A DNA stretch of 64,000 nt from Octopus sinensis (GCF_006345805.1 NC_043011.1:33926464-33990463); one strand, 5' to 3'; positions 27,438-40,740 are shown, counted from the stretch's first letter. Numbers and translations are program-made. Notes: generated from the letters alone by a model not told the origin.

Positions 27438-27526
27438 CAGGCATATCAGCTTTCTTTTCTGCTGAAGTAGTTGACTTGTTTTCTTCCACTGTAGAGCCTT
27501 CTGTAACGGCCATTTCATTTTGTGAG
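27438..27526 (-). CDS. ITSN1: Intersectin SH3B-SH3C linker exon (SSQNEMAVTEGSTVEENKSTTSAEKKADMP)
   Basis: Acceptor tttcttttgttag and donor gtagat. Its phase 2 to 1 exactly bridges exons 44204..44262 and 25080..25249. Confidence 0.82.
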
Positions 27527-28675
27527 CTAACAAAAGAAAACAAGAAAATAATTAAGAAATAACAAAAGAAAAGAAAGATCCTTATGAGAGTCTGTAAGTA
27601 TATAAAAGGCACAGAAGTAGGAAAGAAGTTGTAATTCTTCGTTTATTTTGTTTTAGAAGTTCTTTATTAGCAAACAAGGTTGTGTTTTTAAGGAGTTCAT
27701 TGTGCAGACATGTGCATTCAGTTTCAGTCCCACTCTATAGCACCTTGGACAAGTGTCTTCGTGGAGTGACCCAATGTCTTGTAGAAACGTGTGCCAGATG
27801 AAAACTGTATGGAAGCCCACCATACGTGTGTGTGTGTGTGTGTGGCTTTATGCTTGTTCCTTCACTGTTCAGCAACCAGTGTTAGTCTGTTTATGTCCTC
27901 AAAGGTTACCAGTTCGGTAAAAGAGACTGATAGAATAAGTGGACAATTGACAAGTACCTTAAATCCTTTGGGGGGGGGGGGCACTGCAGCCATGCAGTGT
28001 ATCTAGAGCTAGGAACCCATCCCTCTCTGGGCTAAACTCATTTCTACAGTTTAGTGAACTAGAGCAGTGTGAAATGAAGTAGTGTTTTGCTCAAGAGCAT
28101 AATGGATCACCTGGGCCACAGATCAAAACCACAATCTTACAGATGTGAAACCAACACCCTAACCACTGAGCAATGTGCCTCCACTAGTGGTACTCATTTC
28201 TACAGTTGAGTGGACTGGAGCAACATGAAAATGAATTGTTTTGCTCAAAAACACAACACATCGCCTGGTCCAGGGATCGAAACCACAATCTTACAATTGT
28301 GAGTTCAATACCCTAACCACTAATACACGTGCCTCCACAAAACTTTTAAAAAATAACTATTGGGGATGGTTTGTCTGACTAAATCCTTGAGGCAGAGTCC
28401 CACTATGGCAGCAGTCCAATGAATGAAACAAGTAAAAGATAGTGGGTTTAGCCTTTAGACTGTGGCCAGGTTGCAGCAATGCCTTCATGAGAGTAGTCAA
28501 TTGTATTAACTCTCCCTTTGCTGCAATATCTAATCTGGTATTGTTTTATTATTGACTTCCTAAGAGATGAATGGTAAAGTGCACCTTGGAATAAATAGAA
28601 GACCTCACTCAGATTTGAATAACACAAGGTATCATTCCATGATGTACCACATACATGTGTGTAAGTAAATGTGTT

Positions 28676-28708
<33 letters not shown>

Positions 28709-29130
28709 CCAAATTTAGGGAAAAGAGCAAGTGAAATCCAGGCTACATATGTTTCCTAGCTAGTGAAACTTCAAAAGCAGTAATGAGGTTCCACAAGGAG
28801 GGTCCACTAGCAAGGAAACATATTTAACCTGGATCTTACCTGCTCCTTTCCCTAAATTTGGATTTTTTCGCATACATAGCAATGCTAGTGGCTAACCATA
28901 AACTATAAAATGACTCTTTTCAGTTTATCAAACTTAGATATCATAAAAAATTTTACCCAGCTATGCCAATAAACCACTGTTGTTCCTGAAAGTTGTTTTT
29001 TCTACTTTCTATGGACTGCTCGAAATTTACTAACTTTCTACACCTGGATCCTTGGATCTTACATTTACATATCATTATATACACGCACACATGTATGCAT
29101 GTATATCATCATCATCATCATCGTTTAACG

Positions 29131-29162
<32 letters not shown>

Positions 29163-30882
29163 TCACACACATGTATGCATGTTATATATCTTCACACACA
29201 TACACACACACGTCGGATGAATTTCCATCTGTCTGATTTCACACAAGTGGGTATCACCCACATGAAGTTCTGCACAATGGGATCGAACCTGGAACCATAT
29301 GGTTACAAATTAAAAATCTAGATGACACAATTCTGCCTACACATGTTTAATAACTTTATCTGGTTTTCGATTCTGCTGCATATTTTATCTTCTGAGAGGA
29401 GATATCATAAGCCAACCTGCTGGAATTGAAGACCATTCCTTGAAACTTCCATTTTATTTCTTTTCTTGGGTTCTTTTGCTTTTTAAAGATAATGGATCTT
29501 CGATACAGTAATCCATAGTGTTAATCTATTTATGAAGGGGTTTTGCTTCTTTCTAGAATCTGGAGAATGCCGATATTCTCCTAGAGAGTCATATAATTTA
29601 TAGAGAATATGTTATCCTGAGCATGTAAAGAAGACATCTTATGTATAGTATACCAATATCACACCTCCCCACCTGCTATAATTCTCATTTTGCCAATTTC
29701 AGGAATACAAACAAGCACTTTCATAAAACGAAATAAATTTTTTAATAAATTTTTTTTTTTTACTTTCAAATTTTTAAAAACTGATTTGAAAAAAACTTTA
29801 TTCAAACAAAAGGAAAATGATTTTTTTTTTAAATTTCAAAAACAAAAAGCCGTTTGCTACAGCTTGAACTCATGCAAATTATGATTAGAAAATAAGCCAA
29901 GAAAAAGAAAAATATTTTGAAATAAATAAAGAATTGATAAGGAAAAGCATTTAAGATGACATGTTAATGAAATACGCACCAACTGTCTGCTCAGATTTCA
30001 ATGTAAAATGACATTAGATATCATAAGAACCAATTTGATAAAAGGAAGAAAAATAGGCACATTTATCTCAAATTGTTGCTTACAATATTTAATATTATTT
30101 TATATTAAGAAATTGCCAGATGTGATATTACCAAGAATAACCAAAAACAGGAAGAGAAATAGTATTTGAAATGATTCCAGTCTCTAAACACCAATATATT
30201 TGAAATAAATCCAGTTCCAAAGATAAAAAAAATATGAAATAATTCCACTCCCAAAGACCAATATATATTTAAACTATGCTGCCAATAAATTTGCACAGAA
30301 AAATGCATTACAAAACCAATGGGATTTCACGATGTGGCTGACGAATTTATTAATTTATTTCAGAAAGCAGTGTTAGATCCAAGAACCATATGAACAAGAA
30401 GGAGAAAAAAGAAAGAAAGAAAGAAAAGAAAGGTTTACTTAGAAATAAACAAAAACAGGAAAAAAAATGTGTAAGTTGGTATAAGAAACAGCATTAATAG
30501 TGAAGTGTTTAGCTGGTAGATAGTAATAATAAACAGTAGTAGTAATAGTGTTATTGTGTTACTGCAACAGAGAACCTTGTGTTAGAATTCAATACAACAA
30601 ATACCTGGCATTCATCTTATGTAAGTTATGTTGTTGTTGTTTGATTGCATGCGTCTCTAGAAGTGTCTTTGTTGCAGTCAAAGACAAACGTTTTCTGTAT
30701 GATGAAAAAGAATTTTACAAATACACAAACTGGATGATATCTTATTGAAAATATTCAGCAAATAAAAATGTATGTAAAAAAAAAAAGGCAATAAATGAAT
30801 ATGCAACATTTATAATCAGAGAGTTGGGCAAAATAACATTGTTTGTTTTTGAAGACAATTGGATTGCCTTATAGTTTCTGAA

Positions 30883-30961
<79 letters not shown>

Positions 30962-31341
30962 AGGTTAAAAAGGAACACACAAGTTGATATATATGGAAAA
31001 AAAAAAGTCAAGATAGAAAATGCTAAAATAATTAAATAAAAAACATTTCAGTACATTCCAGTTGAAAAAGTCTCAATGACTGAAACCGGTACTGAAATGT
31101 TTTTAGCATTTTCTATATTGACTTTTTCTTTTTCCATATATATATATAGTAAATAGAGTAATAAAATAAATTATTATTACCAGTGATCTAGCACAAAAGA
31201 CAAATTAGTCATTAGACTATAAGTTATTCATATATAAGTACATTAAAAGGCCCCTAAATAAAGAAGCAATCCATTTCATGAATTTATCCCCTCTTTGTGT
31301 ATCTAGTACTTGCTTCTTTAATTAGGGGCCTTTTAATGTAC

Positions 31342-31395
<54 letters not shown>

Positions 31396-31589
31396 CGAGA
31401 AAGAAGCAACAAGAATGGATAGGTTTTTAGTACAATCGTTTCATACAAGGACAGGCTTTATTAAAAGTTGCAAAAATTACAGCATATAAACGTGTCCCGT
31501 ACTCATCAGCTAAAATACATGTGAGTTCTCTAGACATCCTAGTGGTTGAGGCTATACTCATGAAGTGATGTAGATAATTAAGTAACATA

Positions 31590-31621
<32 letters not shown>

Positions 31622-31790
31622 AATATTAGGGAATATATCCAAATTTACAGGGAAAAAAAATCAGATTTAGGATTAAATCCATTTATAGTAAAATATTATA
31701 AAATATTATTTGAGACAAAACCACTATTTTGCAAAACAACAAGGAAAGACTTAATCAATACATAAAATTTAATAAATAGTCAAAAAACCG

Positions 31791-31832
31791 CCACTACAAT
31801 CGTTTCTTGTCTGATCGACAATCTTCAGGTGG
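31791..31832 (-). ncRNA. Minimal type I hammerhead motif (left arm of palindrome)
   Basis: CCAC-CTGAAGA-TTGTC(GATCA)GACAA-GAAA-C(GATT)G-TA-GTGG. Confidence 0.72.
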
Positions 31833-31878
31833 ACTTCCAATAATTCAGTTACAAATTTGTAACTGAATTATTGGAAGT

Positions 31879-31921
31879 CCACCTGAAGATTGTCGATCAA
31901 GACAAGAAACGATTGTAGTGG
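31879..31921 (+). ncRNA. Minimal type I hammerhead motif (right arm of palindrome)
   Basis: CCAC-CTGAAGA-TTGTC(GATCAA)GACAA-GAAA-C(GATT)G-TA-GTGG. Confidence 0.72.
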
Positions 31922-32562
31922 CGGTTTTTTTGACTATTATTAAATTATGTATTGATTAAGTCTTTCCTTGTTTGTTTTGCAAAATAGTGGTTTTGTCTCA
32001 AATAATATTTTATATATATATTATATATATATATATATATATACATATACTTTGGCTATCAAGCTAACACTGTTATATTTAATTTATCTGCATAATTGCT
32101 ATATATAGACACATACACACACAACATATTTGAAGGTATAAAAGATGCACAGGTATATTAGATATATTCCAATTTCAGCAGTACTTATCAGAGCAAAAAA
32201 TGTTTATCCTTTTAGCATATCAATCTGCCATGTATGGCCCAAATAATTTACATTTTTTTATGTTCAAATCAACCAGAAACTGCTACATACACCTACACTA
32301 AAATGTTGCTCTAAAAATAAACAATCACACCACAGAAATCTTGGAGCTACAAGATAATACATGAATTCAAAACAATGTGAATAAAAAAGCTTCACATTTG
32401 ATGGTGTAATCTAAATGGTAAAGGCTTATAGTGCATTAAAGCAGTCTAGGCCCAACTTCACATTTTGGACCTGGGTTCATTTTTTGAGACATTTTTGTCA
32501 AGAGTGCATTTTCTACACCATAAAATATGGTGTGCATATACATGTATGTGTGAATGTGTAAG

Positions 32563-32958
32563 CGCAGGAGTGGCTGTGTGGTAAATAGCTTGCTTACCAA
32601 ATACATGGTTCCAGGTTCATTCTCACTGTGTGGCACTTTGGGCAAGTGTCTTCTACTATAGCCTCAGGCCGACCAAAGTCTTGTGAGTGGATTTGGTAGA
32701 CAGAAACTGAAGGAAGCCCATCGTATATATGTATATATATGTATGTGTGTGTATATGTTTGTGTAAATGTGTTTGTCTCCCCCAACATCGTTTGACAACG
32801 ATACTGGTGTGTTTACATCCCCGTAACCTAGCGGTTCGGCAAAAGAGACTGATAGAATAAGTACTGGGCTTACAAAGAATAAGTCCTGGAGTCGATTTGC
32901 TTGACTAAAGGCGGTGCTCCAGCATGGCCACAGTCAAATGACTGACACAAGTAAAAGA
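32563..32958 (+). mobile_element. SINE family A copy (other plus copies about 13283-13410, 16712-17068, 27057-27410, 27700-27990, 35242-35585, 36642-37020, 51345-51730)
   Basis: Same head, core and tail blocks. Confidence 0.8.
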
Positions 32959-33196
32959 ATATATATATGTATGTATATATATATATATATTGTTGTGTCT
33001 GGGAGAGTCATATTGTCTTAATGCCTTATTATCTAACACACTCACTGATTTGATTTCCATTCATCTATTATTTATATTTGGTTGGAGTTTTTTTTAACAA
33101 AAACTTTCATTGCTTTTGTAACTTTGTCAGTGGATGTGAGTCAACATCCACTGACAAGGTTGCAAGACCAACAAAATTTTTTTGGGGGAAAAAATT

Positions 33197-33228
<32 letters not shown>

Positions 33229-34289
33229 AATATAAGACATTAAGACGATATGACTCTCCCCAGACACAATCTAATTTGCTTCAACACACGAATTCACATA
33301 AAGAATCTTGCAAACCAGATACAAAAATGAAGTGTGTGTAAGTGAGTTATTCGGAAACACTGTGTGTATGTATATATGTCAAGATCTGTATGAACGTTCT
33401 ATCTTGTAGAGCACAGTATGGCATGTAGGTAGGTGAAATATGGCATAAGTGCACAACTTTTCAAGAACCTCATAATCTCTATGACTTTCTCTGTTAATTT
33501 ACAGTAAATGAATAAAAAAAAAAGCTTAAATTCATTAATAATTAAGAATATATACTTACAATAGAATGGGATTGTATTTGTAACAAGGAAAAAAGTAAGA
33601 GTGTAAACATGTTTGTATGTTTGTATGTTAGAAGTGAAGGTGGGGAGGAAACAATTATCAACCAATCATATTCTGTATTGTTAATTGCTGTACGTTTACA
33701 CATGGCTGTACACATACAAAAATACCAAGTTGTACTCATGTAACATGGAATGTGTATGTTGTGAAATCGAGAATTGAATTTATGCACAAACAACAACAAC
33801 AACAAATGTTTATTTTTTTTAAACAAGTAATTTCAGTAGTACATCCTTCTTTCCTTACGCCTACTTGTATCTGTATAAAGCTCAAACATACACAGTAACT
33901 ATTAAGAGAAAAAAAATGTTTATGACAAATGCTAGAGATTGGTACAGACATGGCTGTATGATTAATAGGCTCACTTTGCAACCATGTGGTTTGAGTTCAG
34001 TCTCACAATGCACATGGGTAAGCTCTGAGAGAGAGAGAGAGAGAGAGAGAGTCTTTGTGTCTGTGGTGTACATCCAACCACTTGACAATCAGTACTAGTT
34101 TATTTACATCTCCATAATAGACGGTTTGTTTTTTTTTACTTAGGATATATCCAATTTGGAAATTTCAATTTTAACTTTTGGAAGTAGAACCAACATATAT
34201 ACAATCAACTAAGTAAATCAGAACTGACCTTGTTGATGAGCAAGATGAAACTTGACAGTCTCTCTTTTCCTTGTAAAGTTATATATATA

Positions 34290-35116
34290 TTGGATCATCC
34301 CATAAATAATTCGATTTTTTAATACTCATTTTATTTTTCAAAATTAAGATAAACAAAGTTCTTTTTTAATCTAAAATATATTCTTCTTTATTTTCCACAA
34401 TGCTTTCCCATCTATCTGGTAGTCTTGCAAGGCTCCTCTTCCAAAATTCACTTGTCAGTACTGTTCTGACCTCGTCTACAGAATTCATATTTTTTCCATC
34501 CAAATGATTTTGAAGACTGCAGAATAAATGAAAATCAAACGGAGCAGTGCCCGAAATATGGTGGGTAGGGCAACATTTCCCATTCAAACTACTCCAGCCT
34601 TTGGAATGTCATCCTTGCTGATGGAAGAACACCTTTCATCTTGAAACCAAAGATAGTCATTTTCTGATGTCACACAGGTGTCTATGACTGTATGACTGGT
34701 TGAATGACCAAATCCAAGCTTTTCTGCTAGTTCCTCGACGGTTATGATGGGATTTTCTTCCACCAGGATTTGCAGGATATCCTCATCAAGCTCTACAGAT
34801 CTTCCAGGATGAGGCTCATCTTCTAGGCTGTAGTTTACATCTTGGAATTTCTGGAACCACCGTTGACACTGGGTTAAGCTTATTGTGCAATTAATATTCC
34901 TTGCACTTTCCATTGTGTTGTTGAATATGCTCCTTTCTCCCTTCCATTATAGCTTTAAAATCGAACTGCACTCTTCAAAACTTACACTAAGAATAAGTAC
35001 AAGGTAAAATTACTACCTGGTTTTATAGCAAGTTGATGCAGGTAGTTTATCCCATCTCCCTCCAGCTTTTAGTTCATGCAATTGAAAAAACCCACTTTAT
35101 TTATGAAATAACTCAA
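34290..35116 (-). mobile_element. Internally deleted mariner transposon with degenerate TIRs
   Basis: Minus-strand fragments CQRWFQKFQ...SLEDEPHPGRSVELDED...ELAEKLG (HTH region) and HISGTAPFDFHLFCSLQNHLDG...LPDRWESIV (decayed YSPDLAP C-terminus). Ends TA|ttggatcatcccataaataa and ttatttatgaaataactcaa|TA are roughly inverted. Confidence 0.88.
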
Positions 35117-35118
35117 TA

Positions 35119-35168
<50 letters not shown>

Positions 35169-36332
35169 GGCAGGCTGGCAGAAACATTAGTGTGCCGGGC
35201 GAAATGCTTAATGGTGTTTTGCCCGTGTTTTTTTATAGATATAGGAGTGGCTGTGTGGCAAGTAGCTTGCTTACCAACCACTTGGTTCCAGGTTCAGTCC
35301 CACTGCATGGCACCTTGGGCAAGTGTCTTCTACTATAGCCTCAGGCCGACCAAAACCTTGTGAGTAGATTTAGTGAGAGAAGCCCGTCGTGTGTGTGTGT
35401 TTGTCCCCCCAACTTCACTTAACAACCGAAGCTGGTGTGTTTACATCCCCGTAACTTAGTAGTTCAGCAAAAGAGACCAATAGAATAAGTGCTAGGCTAA
35501 CAAAGAATAAGTCCTGGGGTCGATTTGTTCGACTAAAGGCGGTACTCCAGCATGGCCGCAGTCAAATGACTGAAACGAGTAAAAGAATATATATTTTTTT
35601 TGTTTAGTTGTGAAAGAATAGCAGTGAGCAGTTCTGAAGTAGTGTAATCTGCTATCTGTAGCCCAAATTGGTAACAACCAAATACATACAGGCAACATAA
35701 GCAGAATGCAGTGAATACTAATGCAGAATATGATTGGTCGTAATTGTTTATTTATTTCTCCTAACTAGACATATATTTATAAAAACACACACACATACAC
35801 ACACAAAAATGTTTTATAGGAATGTGACAAACATTTTTTTTCTTTTTTAAAGATACCTGTACAAGTGATTGACATAGAGGAGCAGAATAAAATGGGGGAT
35901 AAAGAAGAGCCAGGTGTTCCAAAGGCTTGGAAGCAGTGGAAGAGAAAGACCATGGTAGACATGAGGAGGAATGGTACAATTCAGTCTTAGTATGTTGAAC
36001 CTAATGAAAGAGTTGACAAAGCAACACAACAAATCGTGAAGCACTGGCCCAAGCCATGTGAGCATGGTAAAGCAGACATAAAAATGATGATGGTAATCAT
36101 GATGATGAGGACGAGGATGGTGGTGATGGTGATGAGGATGATTCATTGAAAAAGAAACTTGCTTTGTTTTTTTTTTTATCCACATTTACTTTTAAATGAA
36201 AATTATTCAGGCTTCCAACTTAAAGATTAATTTACAAAGTCAACGAATTTTCATTCAAGTAAAATGCACTCCCCATAATGAGAACACATACATACACACA
36301 GGCATATTTATATTATGATACCAGCATATATA

Positions 36333-36625
36333 GGAGGCGCAATGGCCAAGTGGATAGGGCAGCGGACACACGGTCGTAAGATCGCAGTTTCGATTCCCAG
36401 ACCGGGTGTTGTGAGTGTTTATTGAGCGAAAACACCTAAAAGCTCCACGAAGCTCCGGCAGGGGGTGGTGATCCCTGCTGTACTCTTTCACCACTCTTTC
36501 TTCTGTTGGCCTTCTCACTTAGCCAGCGGGGTGGTGTCATTCGAAGGCTAAAACAATGCGAACGCATTGTGACCAGCGATGTGTAGCAACATCTGATAGT
36601 CTGGTCGGTCATGTCGTCACGTGAT
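36333..36625 (+). mobile_element. tRNA-derived SINE family C, single copy
   Basis: Head with A box TGGCCAAGTGG and B-box-like GTTTCGATTCC, followed by a non-tRNA GC-rich body and an AT tail. Confidence 0.7.
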
Positions 36626-37304
36626 ACATATATATGTAGGTACAGGCACGGCTGTATGGCAAGAAGTTTGCTTCCCAAACACATGGTTTCAGATTCAGTC
36701 CCACTGCCTGGCACTTTGGATAAATGTTTTCCACTAGAGCAGCAGGCCAACCAAAGCTTTGTGAATAGATTTGTTAGATACTTGTTGTGTGTGTGTGCAT
36801 ACACATACATACACACGTTGTGTGAGAATGTGGTCTCTGTTTGTCGTACACCACAGTTTGACAAATGGTGTTAGCTTGTTTACATTCCCTGTAACTTAGT
36901 GGTTCGGCAAAAGAGACCAATAGAATAAGTAGCACTCTTAAAAGAAAAATCAAAAATAAGTAATGTGGTCGATTCATTCAACTAAAATTCTTTAAGGTAA
37001 TATGTCACCATGACTACGGTCTAATTTCAAAGATGAAACGGGATATATAACATCATTGCTATTATGTTAAACTATAGTATGTCCAAATTTGGCCAAATAA
37101 CTTCTTTTTTTTCCAATACTTATTTTTGCTTGCAATAGCCAGTTCTTTTAGTCAAACAATCAAATCTCCAGCTGCTTCAGATGCCAAGATATCAAAAATT
37201 GTCAAAGTGTAGTGCAACAGTTTTGCTATGGATTCGTGAAACTATTTTTTTCATTTTCTGAAAAAGTAACGTTTTGGACTTACAACACTTTTGCATAATA
37301 GCAA

Positions 37305-37369
<65 letters not shown>

Positions 37370-37402
37370 ATATACAGAAAGAGAGAGTAATATTTCACTT
37401 TA

Positions 37403-37690
37403 CATGGACCCCGGGTTTATGAGTTTTATTTTTCAAGCACAAGATCCAAATTTTGAACAAAGTGCAGAAGTTTCTACTACCATAACAAATGCTTCTGTAT
37501 GTTACTAAGAAATTTATAGAGAGTGAAAAAAGCTTCTTCTAAGCAAACAACTCTAAACTTGTTTTTTTTTTTTTTAAACAAATCTTCAAGTCCGTCTACG
37601 AGTGCTTGGGAATCGGCGATTGCCTCTACAAGTGATGGTGTGCACGAGTCTAGTGTGAGTGGAAGTGATTCAGAAAACGTTTATAATAAT
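37403..37690 (+). mobile_element. pogo/Tigger-like transposase C-terminal relic
   Basis: QDPNFEQSAEVSTTITNASVCY*EIYRE*, then with a frameshift KKASSKQTTLNLFF. This resembles the Tigger-family tail DPN.ERS.KV...I.NA..CYREI..EKKK..QT.LD.FF. Confidence 0.55.
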
Positions 37691-39570
37691 ATTTTTTATC
37701 ATAAATGATTTTGACATTCTTTTTACTTTACATAAAAATATTCTTTACATTCTACTATTGTTTTGTTGCCATTTATTTAAGAGTATTATAAACTTTATAG
37801 GTAAAATATTTTTCTGAAACGAATTACGACTTATAACATTGCTATTATGGTAAATTATTGCTCTGCTTTACGAGCTTTTGTTTTATGAGCAATTTTTGGG
37901 AAGAAATTAACTCATATATTGAGGAATTATCGTGTATTTATATAAATAAACTTTCCTTAATCAGTACCAAGTTAAGGTTATGCTGGGTTGAGAATAAAAA
38001 GAGTTGTCTCCCATATCAGAGAATTACTAAATAATATTAGCTTTTGAATAATAAATTTAAATTTTTCACAGCATATTATTATAGGTGGCAAGCTGGCAGA
38101 ATCGTTAGCACACTGGGTAAAATGCTTAGCAGTATTTTGTCTGTCTTCGCATTCTGAGTTCAAACACCACCAGGGTTGACTTTGCCTTTCATCCTTTCGG
38201 GGTCAATAAATTAATTATCGGTGAAACATTGGAGTCAATGTAATCGAATTACCCCCCTCCCCCAAAATTTCAAGCCTTATGCTTATAGTAAAAAGGTTTA
38301 TTATAATTATCATCATCATTATCTAAGGCAGCGAGCTAGCAGGACTGTAGTACACTGGGCAAAATGCTTAGTGGTATTTTGCCTGTCTTTACAGTCTGGG
38401 TTCAAATTCCACCAAGGTCAACTTTGCCTTTCATTGTTTCAGAGCTCAATAAATTAAGTACCAGTGAAACACTGGGGTCGATGTAATCGACTAGTTCCCT
38501 CCCACAAAATTTCAGGTCTTGTGTCTTTAGTAGAAATGATTATTATTATTATTAATATTTGCACTTAGAAAATAAATGTATGATAAAAAAATCAATCACC
38601 ACTTTGTACGCGTCGTCTCAGATTCAGTAAACTTCACTCCAAGATAAACAGACCTCATAATTTTATACGCTTAACTCAATTCAAGTGTTTCAGAGCTTAA
38701 CTTCATCTGACTTACTGAAGTGTAACATCACAAGAAGGTGAAGGTCATTCATTTGCAAGCTTACAGTTCATTATTTATGTTGTTTATCAGCCAGAGAAGA
38801 CAGAGAAAACAACAGCCAACATTTAGGGGAGAAATAACAAATATCTTAAAGTTTGGATTTAGTTTTCTAGTATGGTATCATTTTCATATAGATGTTATCC
38901 AGCAAGTAAATGGTATTTATCACCATCAAGGCAGTAAGCTGGCAGAAACATTAACACGCTGGGTAAAATGCTTAGCAGTATTTCTTCTGTCTTTGAGTTC
39001 TAAGTTCAAATTCTGCTGAGGTCAACTTTGCCTTTCATCCTTGCATACTGGGGTAGATCTAATCGAGTGACCCCCTCCCAAAAAATTGTAGGCCTTGTGC
39101 CTAGAGTAGAAAAGAATATTTATCCCCATCCTTTTTTCAATGTCCTTTTTCCATACCTTCATGAGTCAGATAGAATATGTTGAAGCAGAATTTTTAAGCT
39201 GGATGCCCTTCCAGCCACCAACCCACACCTGTTTTCAAACAAGGTAATATTAACCCATGACCAGATACATTTTTACATGAGACAAGAAATGAAGGATACT
39301 GCTTCTAATGACAGTGAAGTTCCTTTACAACTGGAAATTTTTCAGAGAACTACTATCATAATTTTATGTCCACTTAGGTCAGACAGAATTTTGAGGGTGA
39401 GGCTTTTCCTGTGGCTAATCTTCACCTGTTTCCAGTTAGGGTAATATTTCCCCTTCAGTCAAACATGTTTTCATGGAAGATTGGGAATGAAGGACACTGC
39501 TTACATGGTGGTGACATTCATTCACTATCTTGTGACATCAAGGCAAGGATATACTAACAGACACACATAA

Positions 39571-39608
<38 letters not shown>

Positions 39609-40489
39609 AGAGAAAGAGAGAGAAAAAAAGTTTCTTTCAGTTTCTATCTACCAAATCCACTCACAAAACTTTGGTTGACCTGGGGATACAGTAGAAGTTA
39701 AAGTGTCATGCTGTGGAATTGAACCTGGAACCGTGTAGTTGAGAAAACTTCTTACCACACAGCCACTCATGCACATATTGCATCTAATAGAAAAATGGGT
39801 TCCATTCTACATTTAAGCAATCTGAAAAAAAAACAATCTAAAAGTAGATATGAAAAAAAATTGTTCTTTTTTAGCACTATGTTAACTTTCACTGATCAAA
39901 GGAATGACCATTCCAGCATTATATTTCTTTCACTCATCTACAATTGTATTATCCAATGTGTTCTTTCTTTTCTTGAGATGGTGGAATGTAATTTGAGAGA
40001 AATCTCATTGCTATTTCTAGCAGATCAAGCAACTATGTAGTCTTCCTCATCGGCTCAAGTCGTACAACTACCAAAAGGTTCTCTTAATGCTGTGTGATAG
40101 TGAAATATGGAGAGTCAAGGTGAATAATCGAGAAAACTGTGATAAATGAGTTCAGTATGATCCGGAGAATGAATGTGCAATGTTGACTTCAGGAGAAGAA
40201 AAAAAAGGGGACTTGAAAAAGAAATATTCAGAGAATGCTGTGATTGGCTGAGGTATGAATGGTAGACAACTACACTGATATGAAAATGTGATGTGAAGTG
40301 GATGTTGCTGACATGCCAGGTGCAAAAGTGCTACAAATTAATAGCAGAAAATAACCAGGTTATAAACCCGGAAGATATTAGGCCAGAATAGAGAATGTGG
40401 GGCCTCACAGATTAGATGACACGGGATTAAGACTCATGCACAGCCAACAAACCATGCCAGTATGGGGGGAAAAAAAAAAAGGAATGTGA

Positions 40490-40740
40490 TGTCAATGATA
40501 ATGGTCACAATATTGATAATAATAATGATGATGCCAAAGATAATGATGACAGTTATGATAATGTCCACAATAACGACAACAATGATGATTATAACAACAA
40601 CGATACTGTTGACAATAACGAGAACAATAATGATGAATATGACAATGATAATCCAATAACAATCATGTTGACAATAATGAAGACGATAACGATGATTATG
40701 ACAATAGCAATGATGATAATGCTAATAGTTATGATGATAG
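40490..40740. repeat. Degenerate (ATA/ATG/ACA)n trinucleotide repeat
   Basis: Cryptic triplet periodicity that explains spurious ORF 40462..40659. Confidence 0.8.

Larger units (their letters stand above)
31697..32014. mobile_element. Palindromic foldback element, probable Penelope-like pLTR inverted pair
   Basis: Arms of about 159 bp centred on acaaa|tttgt (31855/31856) with only a few small indels. It is flanked by (TA)n and has a hammerhead motif in each arm. Confidence 0.7.

Noticed and set aside
36333-36410. Possible tRNA gene
   Set aside because: The A/B boxes run straight into a non-tRNA body without an acceptor stem or a T-run terminator. It is a SINE head.
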